The notes under the pieces: generated by a model
The model's database searches: none
Seen by the model: the letters and a program-made list of their open reading frames with translations, nothing else
Told to the model about the DNA's origin: nothing
Made by a program: the position numbers and the translations under genes
From: Deltaproteobacteria bacterium
GTDB lineage: Bacteria; Myxococcota; Kuafuiibacteriia; Kuafuiibacteriales; Kuafuiibacteriaceae
Assembly (NCBI GenBank): GCA_040218735.1
Contig: JAVJQW010000012.1
Span: 1 to 64,000 of the forward strand
Length of the DNA: 64,000 nt
Reading direction: 5' to 3'
Part shown: positions 27,895 through 40,203 of the stretch, in pieces
Position numbering within the stretch: the stretch's first letter is position 1
Layout: each line of letters begins with the position of its first letter

Positions 27895-30143
27895 CACAGC
27901 CCCTCCATCACGCGTTCGTCGATCGCCGCGAGCTTCGTACGGATGCGCGATTCGATCTCGTCGAACTCCGTCATCTTCGTGACCTCGGAGAGCATGCGCG
28001 CCGTCTTCATCACCCGCGCGAGGTACGTGAAGAGGCTTCCCTCCTCGCGGCCGAGCTCGTGTTCGTTGACGTAGTCGAGGAACGTCATGTCGTTGTCCTC
28101 GATCTCGGCCCAAATCTTCTTCTGCACCACACCCCCGTGCAGCTCGGGGTGCGCGAGCTTCGCGACGAACGCCTGGTGCAGGTGCTCCATCTGTGAAAGC
28201 TCGCGCGGGTGCTCCCGCTCGTACTCTTCCTCGACGTCCTCGAACGTGAGCTGCGGGTTGTCGCGGCGCTGCTCGCGCAGCCGCGCGAGGATCTCCTGCC
28301 GTCGCGCCTCGCGCTCCTTCTTGTCGAAGATGCGCTGGATGGCGTCGTGGTCGATCAGCAGCTCGAGCATCTCCCGCGCGAGCTCGTAAGTGAGCTCGAT
28401 CTCCCCGAGCACCCACCACACGAACACGCCGTCGACGCCGCGAATCTCACCGATGATCTCTCCGGCGATCTGCTCGCCCTTGCTGTCGAGCACCTCGAGC
28501 GCCTGGAGGTTCTTCGTGATCTGGGCGAGCCGTTTGTGGGCGTCCCACTTCTTGTGATCGGGGAGCAGCAGGTGGTCGATGACCGCGTTGATGTCGAGGC
28601 TCTTCCGCACGTCCCCGCGCTCGATCGGCGCCTCCTCCTCGGGCGGCGTGGGCTCCGGCGGGACCTCGGGGAGCTCCTCGGCGCCCTCCTCCTCGGCCTT
28701 CGCGCGCGCGCGCTTCGCGGCCTCGTACTCGCGCACCGCGTTTTCGTAGGCCTCCTTCGCGATGAGCCGCTCACCCGGCAAGCGAACTTGCTCGAGGTCC
28801 GGCAACCCGATCGCGAGGATCTGCTCGGCGGAGATCTTCGTCCGGCTCCGCAGCGCGGCGGGCTCGCCGTCGACGATCTTCTGGAAACCTTCCTGGTCCC
28901 AGGTGACGTCGTCCTTGGAGCGCGCGTCGGTCTTCGCGCGGGAGTAGTACTTCTTCTTGATCATCGCCTCGTCGGGCGTGATGCCCTTCTTCTTGAGGTC
29001 GCGGATCTCCTTGCGGAACTCCTGCACGACCTCCTCCGGGGCGAGCGTGATCGCGATGCCTTCCTTGTCGAACTGCGGGCGCCCCGCGCGCCCCGCCATC
29101 TGGTGGTACTCGGCGGGCAGCAGCAGGCGCGCTTTCTTTCGAATGTATTTGCGCAGCGACGGGAACACCACGCGCTTCGCCGGAAGGTTGATGCCGGCGG
29201 CGATGGTCTCCGTGGTCACCACGAACTTGAGCAACCGATCCGCGGTGAGCTCTTCGACGAGCCGCCGGTACGCCGGCAGGACACCCGCGTGGTGCACGCC
29301 GATCCCGTGCTGGAGGATCTTCTGCAGCTCCGGCCCGAGCCCCGTCGGGAGCAACACCCGGTCCGCGCGTTCGTTGATCTCGGCCTGCTCCTCTTTCGAC
29401 ACGAACCGCGGACAGCTCCTGAGCAAGCGCGCCCGCTCGAAACACAGGTTGCGCCCGAACGAGAAGATCAGCGCCGGGTAGTCGCCGTCCGCGTACAGCT
29501 GCTTCACCGTCTCGATGAGGTAGTCCTCGCGGTACTCGTGATACAGCGGCACCTTGCGCTCGGTGCTGCGGACCAGCTCCATCTTCTGCCCGCGCGTCGT
29601 GTAGACCCACTGGCAGAACGCCTCGGGCGCGCCGATCGTCGCGGAGAGGATCACGAGCTGCGTCTCGGGGTGCAGGCCGATGATCGACTGCTCCCAGACG
29701 TACCCGCGCTCGAAGTCGTTGAAGTAGTGCCCCTCGTCCATCACCACGACGTCGGCGGGGCGCGTCTGCTGGTCGGAGAAGATCCGGTTCCAGAGGATCT
29801 CCGCGACGAGGATCTGTATGGGGGCGTCCGGGTTGACCTTGTAGTCCCCGGTCGCGAAGCCGACGTTCTCTTCCCCGAAATCGTCACACAGCTCGCGGAA
29901 CTTCTCCTCCGTGAGCGCGCGCAGCGGGGTCGTGTAGATCGCCGTCTTCCCGGATCCGAGCGCGCGCATCAGCGCGGCCTTCGCCATGAGCGTCTTGCCG
30001 GTGCCCGTGGGGACGGTCACCAACACGTGCTCACCCGCGAAGATGCGGGAGACGGTCTGTTCTTGAACCGGATACGGCTCGAGCCCAGGTCCGAAGAAGA
30101 ACTTCTCGTAGAACTCGAGCTCGAGGTCCGCGTCCGACGTCAT
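27891..30143 (-). CDS. Ski2/HelY-like DEAD/DEAH helicase
   Basis: PTGTGKT, YTTPLRAL..EKF, MDEGHY, LSATIG, GIGVHHAG, GINLPAKRVV, QMAGRAGR. Confidence 0.9.
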   Translation of the reverse strand: MTSDADLELEFYEKFFFGPGLEPYPVQEQTVSRIFAGEHVLVTVPTGTGKTLMAKAALMRALGSGKTAIYTTPLRALTEEKFRELCDDFGEENVGFATGDYKVNPDAPIQILVAEILWNRIFSDQQTRPADVVVMDEGHYFNDFERGYVWEQSIIGLHPETQLVILSATIGAPEAFCQWVYTTRGQKMELVRSTERKVPLYHEYREDYLIETVKQLYADGDYPALIFSFGRNLCFERARLLRSCPRFVSKEEQAEINERADRVLLPTGLGPELQKILQHGIGVHHAGVLPAYRRLVEELTADRLLKFVVTTETIAAGINLPAKRVVFPSLRKYIRKKARLLLPAEYHQMAGRAGRPQFDKEGIAITLAPEEVVQEFRKEIRDLKKKGITPDEAMIKKKYYSRAKTDARSKDDVTWDQEGFQKIVDGEPAALRSRTKISAEQILAIGLPDLEQVRLPGERLIAKEAYENAVREYEAAKRARAKAEEEGAEELPEVPPEPTPPEEEAPIERGDVRKSLDINAVIDHLLLPDHKKWDAHKRLAQITKNLQALEVLDSKGEQIAGEIIGEIRGVDGVFVWWVLGEIELTYELAREMLELLIDHDAIQRIFDKKEREARRQEILARLREQRRDNPQLTFEDVEEEYEREHPRELSQMEHLHQAFVAKLAHPELHGGVVQKKIWAEIEDNDMTFLDYVNEHELGREEGSLFTYLARVMKTARMLSEVTKMTEFDEIESRIRTKLAAIDERVMEGLW

Positions 30144-30155
30144 GCGGGCCTCGGG

Positions 30156-30479
30156 TCAGTCGACGCCGAGCAGCTCGACCTCGAAGATGAGCGTGCTGTT
30201 CGGCGGGATCACAGGCGGAAAGCCGCGCTCGCCGTACCCCATGTCCGGCGGGACCTCCAGGCGGCGCTTCCCGCCGACCTTCATGCCCGCGATGCCCTTC
30301 TCCCACCCCTGGATGACGCGCCCGGCGCCGAGCGGGAAGGAGAACGGCTGGCCACGATCCACACTCGAATCGAACTTGCTTCCGTCCGTCAGGGTACCGG
30401 TGTAGTGCACGTGCACCGTCTTGCCGGCGATCGCTTCGTCGCCGCTCCCGACCTCGTGATCCGTGATCTTCAGGCTCAT
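30156..30479 (-). CDS. FKBP-type peptidyl-prolyl isomerase
   Basis: [30 protein letters not shown]...MKVGGKR...PP..GYG..G.P..IPPNSTL.FEVELL. Confidence 0.97.
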   Translation of the reverse strand: MSLKITDHEVGSGDEAIAGKTVHVHYTGTLTDGSKFDSSVDRGQPFSFPLGAGRVIQGWEKGIAGMKVGGKRRLEVPPDMGYGERGFPPVIPPNSTLIFEVELLGVD

Positions 30480-30551
30480 GATGGCGGGAACCTACCGCAC
30501 CGCGCCGGTTTGTAAACACCGCGACGAAACGTCCCGGGCGGGGTTGCTTTA

Positions 30552-30569
30552 ATCTACTCGCGAGTAGAT
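30552..30569. promoter_or_regulatory. Perfect 18-bp palindrome, likely TetR operator
   Basis: ATCTACTCGCGAGTAGAT, 9 bp upstream of the TetR GTG and just after a TTGCTT -35-like hexamer. Confidence 0.75.
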
Positions 30570-30578
30570 AACTGCCGC

Positions 30579-31175
30579 GTGGGACGTCCCCGCACCGCAG
30601 CGCACGCCGTCGCCACCAGCGAGCGTCTGCTCCAGGCCGCGGAGGACGCGTTCGCGGAGCACGGGTACGACGGCGCGCGGTTGGAGGACATCGCGAAGTC
30701 CGCCGGCATCCGGCGCAGCTCGCTGCTCTACCACTACGGGAGCAAACACGCGCTGTTCTGTGCGGTCGTCCGCCACGTGTTCGCGGATCTGGAGCAAGCG
30801 CTCGAGCACAGCCTCTCGTTCGACGAGCCGTTCCCGGATCAGGTCGAGCGTGTGCTGGAGGCGTTCTTCGACTTCGTGCGTCGGCGCCCCGGCGTCGCGC
30901 GGCTGATCCTGCGCGAGATCCTCGACGACAAGGGCCCGGGCCAGTCGCTCTTGCTCGACGGCGGCGTGCCGTTGCTCGAGCTCGTCGAGCGCTTCGTCGA
31001 GGAGCGCGGCGAAGGTTTTGTGCCGCCCGGCCTGTCGGTGCGCGCCGCCCTCCTCCAAATCGTCAGCGGTACGTTCGTGAAGGCGTCCGCCGGCCCCCTC
31101 CAGGCCAAGCTCTGGAACGGCGAGGACCACCAAAAGGAGCTCGCCCGATCGCTCTTCCTCAGGAGAACTGGATGA
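30579..31175 (+). CDS. TetR/AcrR family regulator
   Basis: LLQAAEDAFAEHGYDGARLEDIAKSAGI...SLLYHYGSKHALF. Confidence 0.95.
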   Translation: MGRPRTAAHAVATSERLLQAAEDAFAEHGYDGARLEDIAKSAGIRRSSLLYHYGSKHALFCAVVRHVFADLEQALEHSLSFDEPFPDQVERVLEAFFDFVRRRPGVARLILREILDDKGPGQSLLLDGGVPLLELVERFVEERGEGFVPPGLSVRAALLQIVSGTFVKASAGPLQAKLWNGEDHQKELARSLFLRRTG

Positions 31176-32314
31176 ACGTCGATTCGATCATGGACCACCT
31201 GATGGACCACGCGTCCGTCGTGCGCGACGCGGCCCGGGTGAAGAACCCCCGCGTGTGGAAGACGCTGCTCGGTCCGGCGTGGCGCGGCCTCGTCGAGAAG
31301 CGCGGCAAGAAGACGTCGAAGGTGCAGATGCCGACCGCGTACCGCGCGCTGTTCGACTGGCACTACGACCGCGACCAGCCGGAGCTCGCGAAGCTGTACT
31401 CCGCGGCGAAGCAGTCGCAGTGGGACGCCGAGACCGGGCTCGACTGGTCGGTGGACGTCGATCCGTACGGCCCCCTGCAGCTCATCCGCGAGGACATGCT
31501 CCCGCTGCAGCACGTACCGCAGTACCGGCGCCTCCCGGAGAAGGACAAGCGCGAGCAGCAGCACGCGATGTTGTCGTGGATGCTGAGCCAGTTCCTGCAC
31601 GGCGAGCAGGGCGCGCTGTTCGCGGCGTGTCAGCTCACCGAGGCGTACGGCGACATGGACGGCAAGCTCTACGGCTCGACGCAGGTGGTCGACGAGGGGC
31701 GCCACGTCGAGGTCTTCCACCGCTACCTCGTCGACAAACTCGAGAAGCTCTACACGATCAACGACAACCTCTACGTGCTGATCGACGCGCTGATGAGCGA
31801 CGACCGCTGGGACATCAAGTTCCTCAGCATGCAGATCATGATCGAGGGGCTCGCGCTCGGCGCGTTCTCGACGCTGCGCGCGAACACCGACGAGCCGCTG
31901 CTGAAGGAGCTGCTCAAGAACGTCATCACCGACGAAGCGCGGCACGTGCACTTTGGCGTGGTGGCGCTGCGGGACTTCTACACGTCGCAGCTGTCGGAGC
32001 GGGAGCGTCGCGAGCGCGAGGACTGGGCGTTCGAGACGTCGGTGCTGATGCGCAACCGCTTCCTCGCGCACGAGTTCTACGAGGAGTACTACGGGCACGC
32101 GATGCGGCGCTCGACGTGGAACAAGATCCTCCTCGAGTCGGACTTCATGGCGTTCTTCCGGACGAACATGTTCCGGCGCATCGTCCCCAACCTGCGTCGC
32201 ATCGGCCTGCTCTCGGATCGGGTGCGGCCGTACTACGCGCAGATGGGTCTGCTCGTCTGGGAGAACGACAAGGCCGCGCCGGACCTCACGGCGGCGGACC
32301 TGTTGGCCGCGTGA
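31172..32314 (+). CDS. Ferritin-like diiron oxygenase (AurF-like)
   Basis: QFLHGEQGAL, DEGRHVE, IEGLA and DEARHV diiron motifs. Confidence 0.88.
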   Translation: MNVDSIMDHLMDHASVVRDAARVKNPRVWKTLLGPAWRGLVEKRGKKTSKVQMPTAYRALFDWHYDRDQPELAKLYSAAKQSQWDAETGLDWSVDVDPYGPLQLIREDMLPLQHVPQYRRLPEKDKREQQHAMLSWMLSQFLHGEQGALFAACQLTEAYGDMDGKLYGSTQVVDEGRHVEVFHRYLVDKLEKLYTINDNLYVLIDALMSDDRWDIKFLSMQIMIEGLALGAFSTLRANTDEPLLKELLKNVITDEARHVHFGVVALRDFYTSQLSERERREREDWAFETSVLMRNRFLAHEFYEEYYGHAMRRSTWNKILLESDFMAFFRTNMFRRIVPNLRRIGLLSDRVRPYYAQMGLLVWENDKAAPDLTAADLLAA

Positions 32315-33114
32315 GCCCCGCTCTGTTGCTGTTGCTCGCCGCCGCGCCCACGCGGCTGGCGGTGCTGCCCGTGCTGTCCGGCCCCGGCGTCACGGCGTCG
32401 ATGGTGTTCTCGACGATCGACGACGCCGCCGCGCTGCGGACGGGCCTGCGGGTGATGTCCATCGACGACTACTTCTTCCACGAGGGCGGCGCCCTCGCGA
32501 ACCGCGCGTTGGCGTGCGGGCAGGACACCGCATGCATCGGCGCGCAGCTCGAACCGTTCCAGGCGGACCTGGGGTTGGTGGTGGTGATCGACGTGGAGAT
32601 CACGCCGCCGCTGTTGTCGCTGATCCTGATCGACACGAAGAAACGCGAGGTCGTCGACGAGCACTACGCGCAGGTCGAGGGGGATCGCGAAGCGTTGTTC
32701 TCGCGTCTGAGAGCGGAGAGCGGCGCGATGCTGGACCGGCGGGGGTACGCGCGCTCGGGGCGCCTCTTGGTGCGGACCACCCCGGCGAAGGCCGAGGTGA
32801 AGATCGCGGGCCAGCGCGCGGACATCGGCACGCCGAACCAGTTCACGCTGCCGCCCGGGACGTACGCGGTCGAGGCGTCGGCGGAGGGCTACGAGGCCGC
32901 GTCGGGGAACGCGGTGGTCACGTCCGGCGCGACGACGGAGCTGCCGCTCTCGCTCGCACCGATGACGTCGTTCTTGGACTCGCCCTGGCCGTGGATCGTA
33001 GGCGCGACGGTGGTGGTCGGCGCGGCGGTCGCGGTCGGCGTCGCGGCCGGTTCGACGACCGAGGCGTGCGTTTGTTTCGTCACGGCGGACGTGGCGTGTG
33101 CGTGCCCGCGGTAG
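32311..33114 (+). CDS. PEGA-domain protein
   Basis: GTG overlaps the upstream stop; GRLLVRTTP..AEVKI.G...LPPGTY.VE....GY; hydrophobic C-terminal WPWIVGATVVVGAAVAVGV. Confidence 0.8.
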   Translation: MSPALLLLLAAAPTRLAVLPVLSGPGVTASMVFSTIDDAAALRTGLRVMSIDDYFFHEGGALANRALACGQDTACIGAQLEPFQADLGLVVVIDVEITPPLLSLILIDTKKREVVDEHYAQVEGDREALFSRLRAESGAMLDRRGYARSGRLLVRTTPAKAEVKIAGQRADIGTPNQFTLPPGTYAVEASAEGYEAASGNAVVTSGATTELPLSLAPMTSFLDSPWPWIVGATVVVGAAVAVGVAAGSTTEACVCFVTADVACACPR

Positions 33115-33338
33115 CCGCCGGTCCCGGTCCCGGTCCCATTCCCATTCACCTTCCCCGACCCCCGTTTCGACGCTCCCGTTCCCGGTACGCGGGTCCCTTC
33201 CCCTCGAGCGCCCGCACGTCCCGTTCGATCCGATCGAGCTGCGCATCGACCTTCGGCGAGGCCGGCGCGGTCTTCACCATCGACACCTGCGCTAGCAGCC
33301 GCGCGACGCACGTCCGGGTGTCGCGCGGGTTGCGTCGT

Positions 33339-35393
<2,055 letters not shown>

Positions 35394-35411
35394 GCCCGGA
35401 TAGCGTAGCAG

Positions 35412-36275
35412 CTACGGCCGCGCCATGAGTCGGACCTCGGCGCCCGCCAGCGCGACCGAGAGGAACGACCGAACGAACGCCGCGATCTGCTGCAGCACAA
35501 ACGCCACCACGACCAGCCCCGCGTTCGTCCGCGCGATGCGGACGTCGACCAGCGAGAACAGAAGCGTCACGACTACCGCGAGGACCACGAACGGCAGATA
35601 CACCGCCAGCACGCGCAGCGGCGCGCGCCCCGCCGCCGCCACCCCACGCACGAACGCGTAACGCGCGCGGTGCTCGCCCCGCGTGACCGCCTCGACCTTC
35701 ATCAGGTCGTACGCGCCGTTCGCCCAGGACAGCACCAGGCCGATCACGAAGAACCCCAGCCACCGCGTGAGCGCGACGCCCTGCTCCGAGACCCAGTCCT
35801 CCGTGAGCTTCTTCTGGCCGAGCATCACGAGCGCGCCCACGACCCCGACCACCAGCAGCGAAAATCCCACGCCCAACGGGAACAGCCGCATCAGCCGACC
35901 GAACCCTCGACCGCCCGCCGCGAACAGCTCGTTCGTCCGCAGCGGCACGTCGGCGTTTACCGTCGACAGGACACCCCCCGTGAGGAACGCGGAGATCGCG
36001 ACCCAGAAGACCAGCCCCCCGAGCAACATCGGGCCGAACAACGCGAGCGCGTCGGCGCGGTCGAACAGCAGCTCGGCCCACAGCTGGACGTCGAGCCCCG
36101 CCGCGAAACGCTCCGCCTCCAGGCTCGACGCGAAGTACCCGTCGACCAGCGCCCCGAACGCGAGCGCGACCGGGAGCGCCGCGACGAACGACGCCACGTA
36201 GCGCCACGTCACCGCCGCGAGGTTCTCGCGCGCGGACGCCAAGCCGCGGCGCACGAGCTCGACGGAGCGCGTCAC
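35412..36275 (-). CDS. Multi-pass membrane protein
   Basis: About 6 hydrophobic segments; translationally coupled to the upstream M1 peptidase. Confidence 0.75.
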   Translation of the reverse strand: MTRSVELVRRGLASARENLAAVTWRYVASFVAALPVALAFGALVDGYFASSLEAERFAAGLDVQLWAELLFDRADALALFGPMLLGGLVFWVAISAFLTGGVLSTVNADVPLRTNELFAAGGRGFGRLMRLFPLGVGFSLLVVGVVGALVMLGQKKLTEDWVSEQGVALTRWLGFFVIGLVLSWANGAYDLMKVEAVTRGEHRARYAFVRGVAAAGRAPLRVLAVYLPFVVLAVVVTLLFSLVDVRIARTNAGLVVVAFVLQQIAAFVRSFLSVALAGAEVRLMARP

Positions 36276-38335
36276 AACAGCCCCCCGAGCACCTGCAACA
36301 CGGTCTGCACGACGTAGAGCGCGCTCGTCCCCCAGCTCCCCGCGGCGAGGTGTGACTTCTTGCGGCGGCGGCTGTCGTTCGTCCGGCGGAGATCGAGCTG
36401 CTGCTCACCGTCGGGGTGAAGCCGCGCCGACACCGCGCGCGACTGGGTCTCGAGCTCGAAGCGCTTCCAGCGGTAGGCGCCGTCCCACTCGAGGCGCTGC
36501 GTCGTGTCGTCCTCGAACGCCACTTCGATCGTCACGGGGAAGTCGACCGAGGTCTCGCGCCGCACGAAGATCTCCGTGACGTAGACGTCCTCCTCCTCGT
36601 CCTTCACGTCGTCCTTGTCGACGGTGCGCCGTTCGCCCTCCTCGTCGAACACCCCGGCCGCGACCTTCTTCTTCTTCGAAGAGAACTTGGTGATCGCGTA
36701 GTCGACGTAGTCCGGCGTGAACAACGCGCGTCGCGTGAAGTCGTCGAGCGACGCGCCGTGCACCTCTTCGAGGACCTTCACGAAGTCCGCGGTCGTCGGG
36801 TGCCGGAATCGATACCGCTCCTGGTAGCGCCGCATCGCGCGGATGAGGTTCGCCTCGCCCATCACGTTCTCGAGCTGCCTGAGCGTCAACGCAGAGCGCG
36901 GGTAGTTGTTCATCCCGTACGAGCCGTCGGACTCGTACGCCCACGACCGCCGCACGAGCGCGTCGCGATCTCCGCCGAGCATCGTGCCGATTCGCGCCAC
37001 GTCCATCGGCGACGTCGTCACGGACGAAAACCACGGCGTCAGCGGCAACCCACCGATGCTCGGCACGCGCACGAAGGGCCCGAAGGCGGCGTCGACGACC
37101 TTGCCCGTCGAGTAGGTGTTGAGCCCTTCGTCGAGCCACGCCTCCTCGAACTCGTTCGAGCCGACGAGCCCGTACCAGTACTGGTGCCCGAACTCGTGGA
37201 TCGTCACGTTCTCGGGGCGCCCGCTCCCGTCCGGCGAAGGCCAGCGCACGCCGCCGGTGATCAACGTCGGATACTCCATGCCCATCGCGCCATTCGCGCC
37301 GCGTGGGCCGTCGACGACGGTGAGCACCGGGTACGGATAGGCGCCGTACCACAGGCCGAACCACTTCAGCGCGGCGAACGTCGCCGCGAAGTAACGCTCC
37401 GCGTACTGCGCATGCTCCGGTTGGATCAGGAGGCGAACGTCGACGTCCTTCAGCGCGAGCGCGTCCGGCGCGAGGCCGAGCTTCTTCGCGACGCGATCGA
37501 CGTCCGCGGGATCGATCGCGCTCGCGTCGAACTTCCGCTCGATCACCTCGAACCGCGAGTCCGCCGTCCACGCGAAGTCGTGTACGTCTTCGATGACGTG
37601 GGTGTGGACCACGCGCCCGTCGGCGCGCTTCGTGTCGACGCGCCGGCCGCTCGCGCCGACGACGTAGCCTTCGGGCACGTCGATCGTGACCGAGAAGCGC
37701 CCGTAGTCCGCGAAGTACTCACTCGTCGCGTGGTACTGGTGGCAGTTCCAGCGCGGCTCACCGACGGTGCCCGTGACGGTCTCCTGGAGCACGCCAATCT
37801 TCGGGAACCACTGCGCGACCATGTGAAACGATCCCGAGAACCCGGAGCGCGCGAAGACCTTCGGGAGCTGGGAGACGAACGCGAAGTCGACCGCGATGGT
37901 CTCCCCCGGCGACACCTCGAACGGCAGCGGGGTCTCGAGCACCGTCTCGTCGTCGACGTTGCCGTCGTCCGGTTGGATGAACCGCGCGTTCTCGAGCAGG
38001 TCCGCCCGGCCGCCGTCCGGCAGGTGGGCCTGCATCGACTTCACGTCGATGTGCCCCCAGTTCTCGCGATCGAACTCATCGCCCCGGAGCGATCCGAGGT
38101 CGGACTCCCGCATGAACGTGGTGCGGTCGTTCTTGAACGCGTTGAGGTAGAGGTGCCACGGAAGCGACCGAACCGACGCGAGGCCGTGGTGCGTCCAGCG
38201 CAGAGTGCCCCGTCCCTCGACGGTGTGGGTCACCGGATCGAGGCGGGCGCTGAGGTCGTAGTCTACGGTCGCCGGAGCCCCCGAAGGCGCTCCGGCGAGC
38301 GAGGCCAAGAGCAGCGTGGCTGCCCAGGCCGTCAT
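36272..38335 (-). CDS. M1-family zinc aminopeptidase (secreted)
   Basis: Signal peptide MTAWAATLLLASLAG; AQWFPK, GMEYP, HEFGHQYW...AWLDEG. Confidence 0.9.
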   Translation of the reverse strand: MTAWAATLLLASLAGAPSGAPATVDYDLSARLDPVTHTVEGRGTLRWTHHGLASVRSLPWHLYLNAFKNDRTTFMRESDLGSLRGDEFDRENWGHIDVKSMQAHLPDGGRADLLENARFIQPDDGNVDDETVLETPLPFEVSPGETIAVDFAFVSQLPKVFARSGFSGSFHMVAQWFPKIGVLQETVTGTVGEPRWNCHQYHATSEYFADYGRFSVTIDVPEGYVVGASGRRVDTKRADGRVVHTHVIEDVHDFAWTADSRFEVIERKFDASAIDPADVDRVAKKLGLAPDALALKDVDVRLLIQPEHAQYAERYFAATFAALKWFGLWYGAYPYPVLTVVDGPRGANGAMGMEYPTLITGGVRWPSPDGSGRPENVTIHEFGHQYWYGLVGSNEFEEAWLDEGLNTYSTGKVVDAAFGPFVRVPSIGGLPLTPWFSSVTTSPMDVARIGTMLGGDRDALVRRSWAYESDGSYGMNNYPRSALTLRQLENVMGEANLIRAMRRYQERYRFRHPTTADFVKVLEEVHGASLDDFTRRALFTPDYVDYAITKFSSKKKKVAAGVFDEEGERRTVDKDDVKDEEEDVYVTEIFVRRETSVDFPVTIEVAFEDDTTQRLEWDGAYRWKRFELETQSRAVSARLHPDGEQQLDLRRTNDSRRRKKSHLAAGSWGTSALYVVQTVLQVLGGLL

Positions 38336-38336
38336 G

Positions 38337-38570
38337 TCAGCTCTGCTTGCATTCCTTCGCGCACTCGTCGCGAGCCACGCCGCAGGCGACCTTGCAGGCG
38401 TCCTGGTCGGCTTCCTCGCTGCACTTGTTGATGCACTCGGTCTTGGCCTCGTCGCAGGACGTGTTGCACGCTTCCTTCTTCGCACCGGACTTCACGTCCG
38501 CCATCGTGCTGCTCTTACAGCCACCCGCGAGGGCGCCGAGAACGAAACAAATCATGGTGATCTTACGCAT
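38337..38570 (-). CDS. Small Cys-rich lipoprotein (four CX3C motifs)
   Basis: MRKITMICFVLGALAGGC then CNTSC..CINKC..CKVAC..CAKEC. Confidence 0.7.
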   Translation of the reverse strand: MRKITMICFVLGALAGGCKSSTMADVKSGAKKEACNTSCDEAKTECINKCSEEADQDACKVACGVARDECAKECKQS

Positions 38571-38640
38571 CGCCCAGCGCTCTACACCGACCTGAGGTTT
38601 CTCGCCACAGCGACCGAAAAATAGAGGATACTCCCGCGCC

Positions 38641-40098
38641 GTGACTCGACTGTCCCTCGCCAAAGACCTCAAGAGCGCCCTCAAGGGCGCCGACTTCGTG
38701 CTCGTCGTCGCGCCGAAGAAGACCCTCGACAAGAAGCGACTCCCGAAGCTGCTGCCGCCCAAAGCGCAGAAGACGCTCGGCGATCTCGGCAAGCTCGTCA
38801 GCCCCGGAGACCTCGGCGCCTCGATGTCGAGCCTGACGTTCGGTACGCCCGGTTGGGTCGCCGCCGGCGCCCTCCCCGACACGCTCTCGCGCTACAACGC
38901 GCCGTCACGGGCCGAGGCGATTACGAAAGTCGTGTCCGGTGCATCGTTCGGTGATGCGAAGAAACCGGCCATCATCGTGATCCTCGACGACGAAGCGCAC
39001 CACGTCGCCGCCGCCAACGCGGTGGGCCGCGCGCTCCCGATCTTCGACGCCCGTAGCAAGGGCCGCCGCGCCGTCCGGGCCCAGCTCGCGATGGTCGACA
39101 CCTCCGGCGACTTCATCACGCCGTCGCCGATCGCGCGCGAGGTGCTCCGCTGCTCCCGCGAGTCCGCGGAGCTCGTCGACTCCCCGCCGACGGACATGAA
39201 CCCGCGTGAGCTCGCCGAGCGCGCCATCGGGTTCCTCGAAGGGGCAAACGTCTCCATCGAGACGATCGTCGGCGACGCGCTCCTCGAGCGCCGCCTCGGC
39301 GGCATCCACGGCGTCGGCCGCGCCGCGGTCGAAGCGCCGCGTCTCCTCATCGCGACCTACGAGCCGGAGAACAGCGACAGCAAGAAACACATCGCGCTCG
39401 TCGGTAAGGGCGTCACGTTCGACACCGGCGGCCTCCACATCAAGCCGCGCGGATCGATGGAGACGATGAAGTGCGACATGGGCGGCGCCGCGGCGGTGCT
39501 CGGCGCGTTCCGCGTGCTCGTGAAGACCGGCTGCCCGCACAAAGTGTCGCTGTTGATGTGCCTCGCGGAGAACTCGGTCGACAGCCGCTCGTTCAAGCCG
39601 GACGACATCCTCACGCTGCACAGCAAGCGCACCGTGGAGATCAACAACACGGACGCCGAGGGCCGGCTGCTGCTGGGCGACGGCGTCAGCTACGCCGCGC
39701 GCGAGCTGAAGGCCACGCACGTGATCAACGCAGCGACGCTCACCGGCGCGCAGATGATCGCGACGGGCGCCGCGCACGCCGCGGTGGTCAGCAACGACGG
39801 CGACCTCGAGAAACACTTCGTCGAGTCGGGCTTCGCGACCGGCGACCTCGTGCACCCGCTGATCTTCGCGCCCGAGCTCTACAAGCAGGAGTTCTCGAGC
39901 AAGGTCGCCGACATGAAGAACTCGGTGAAGAACCGCGCCAACGCGCAGAGCAGCTGCGCCGCGCAGTTCGTCTACAACCACATCGAGGACACGAAGGTCG
40001 GCTGGGTCCACATCGACCTCGCCGGCCCGAGCTTCCGCGGCGAACGCGGCACCGGCTTCGGCGTCGCGCTCATCTCCGACGCCGTCCGGCGCCTGTAG
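38641..40098 (+). CDS. M17 leucyl aminopeptidase (NPEPL1-like)
   Basis: VGKGVTFDTGG..IK, MKCDMGGAA, VEINNTDAEGRLLLGD, ATLTGA. Confidence 0.92.
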   Translation: MTRLSLAKDLKSALKGADFVLVVAPKKTLDKKRLPKLLPPKAQKTLGDLGKLVSPGDLGASMSSLTFGTPGWVAAGALPDTLSRYNAPSRAEAITKVVSGASFGDAKKPAIIVILDDEAHHVAAANAVGRALPIFDARSKGRRAVRAQLAMVDTSGDFITPSPIAREVLRCSRESAELVDSPPTDMNPRELAERAIGFLEGANVSIETIVGDALLERRLGGIHGVGRAAVEAPRLLIATYEPENSDSKKHIALVGKGVTFDTGGLHIKPRGSMETMKCDMGGAAAVLGAFRVLVKTGCPHKVSLLMCLAENSVDSRSFKPDDILTLHSKRTVEINNTDAEGRLLLGDGVSYAARELKATHVINAATLTGAQMIATGAAHAAVVSNDGDLEKHFVESGFATGDLVHPLIFAPELYKQEFSSKVADMKNSVKNRANAQSSCAAQFVYNHIEDTKVGWVHIDLAGPSFRGERGTGFGVALISDAVRRL

Positions 40099-40125
40099 TC
40101 CGCGCGCTCGCCACGTACGGCCACA

Positions 40126-40167
40126 CCCGTGCGGCTGCGCCACGCCGCAGCCGCGTCCCACCACGGG
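40126..40167. terminator. GC-rich hairpin after the M17 gene
   Basis: GCGGCTGCG-ccacgc-CGCAGCCGC 9-bp stem with outer cccgt/acggg; no U-tract. Confidence 0.4.
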
Positions 40168-40203
40168 CACGTCCCTGGCACATCCTCTGCACGTTCCGTC
40201 GGC

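Noticed and set aside
33115-33196. Hexamer-like repeats (gtcccg/attccc) as a separate element
   Set aside because: Short, degenerate low-complexity intergenic sequence with no supportable function.
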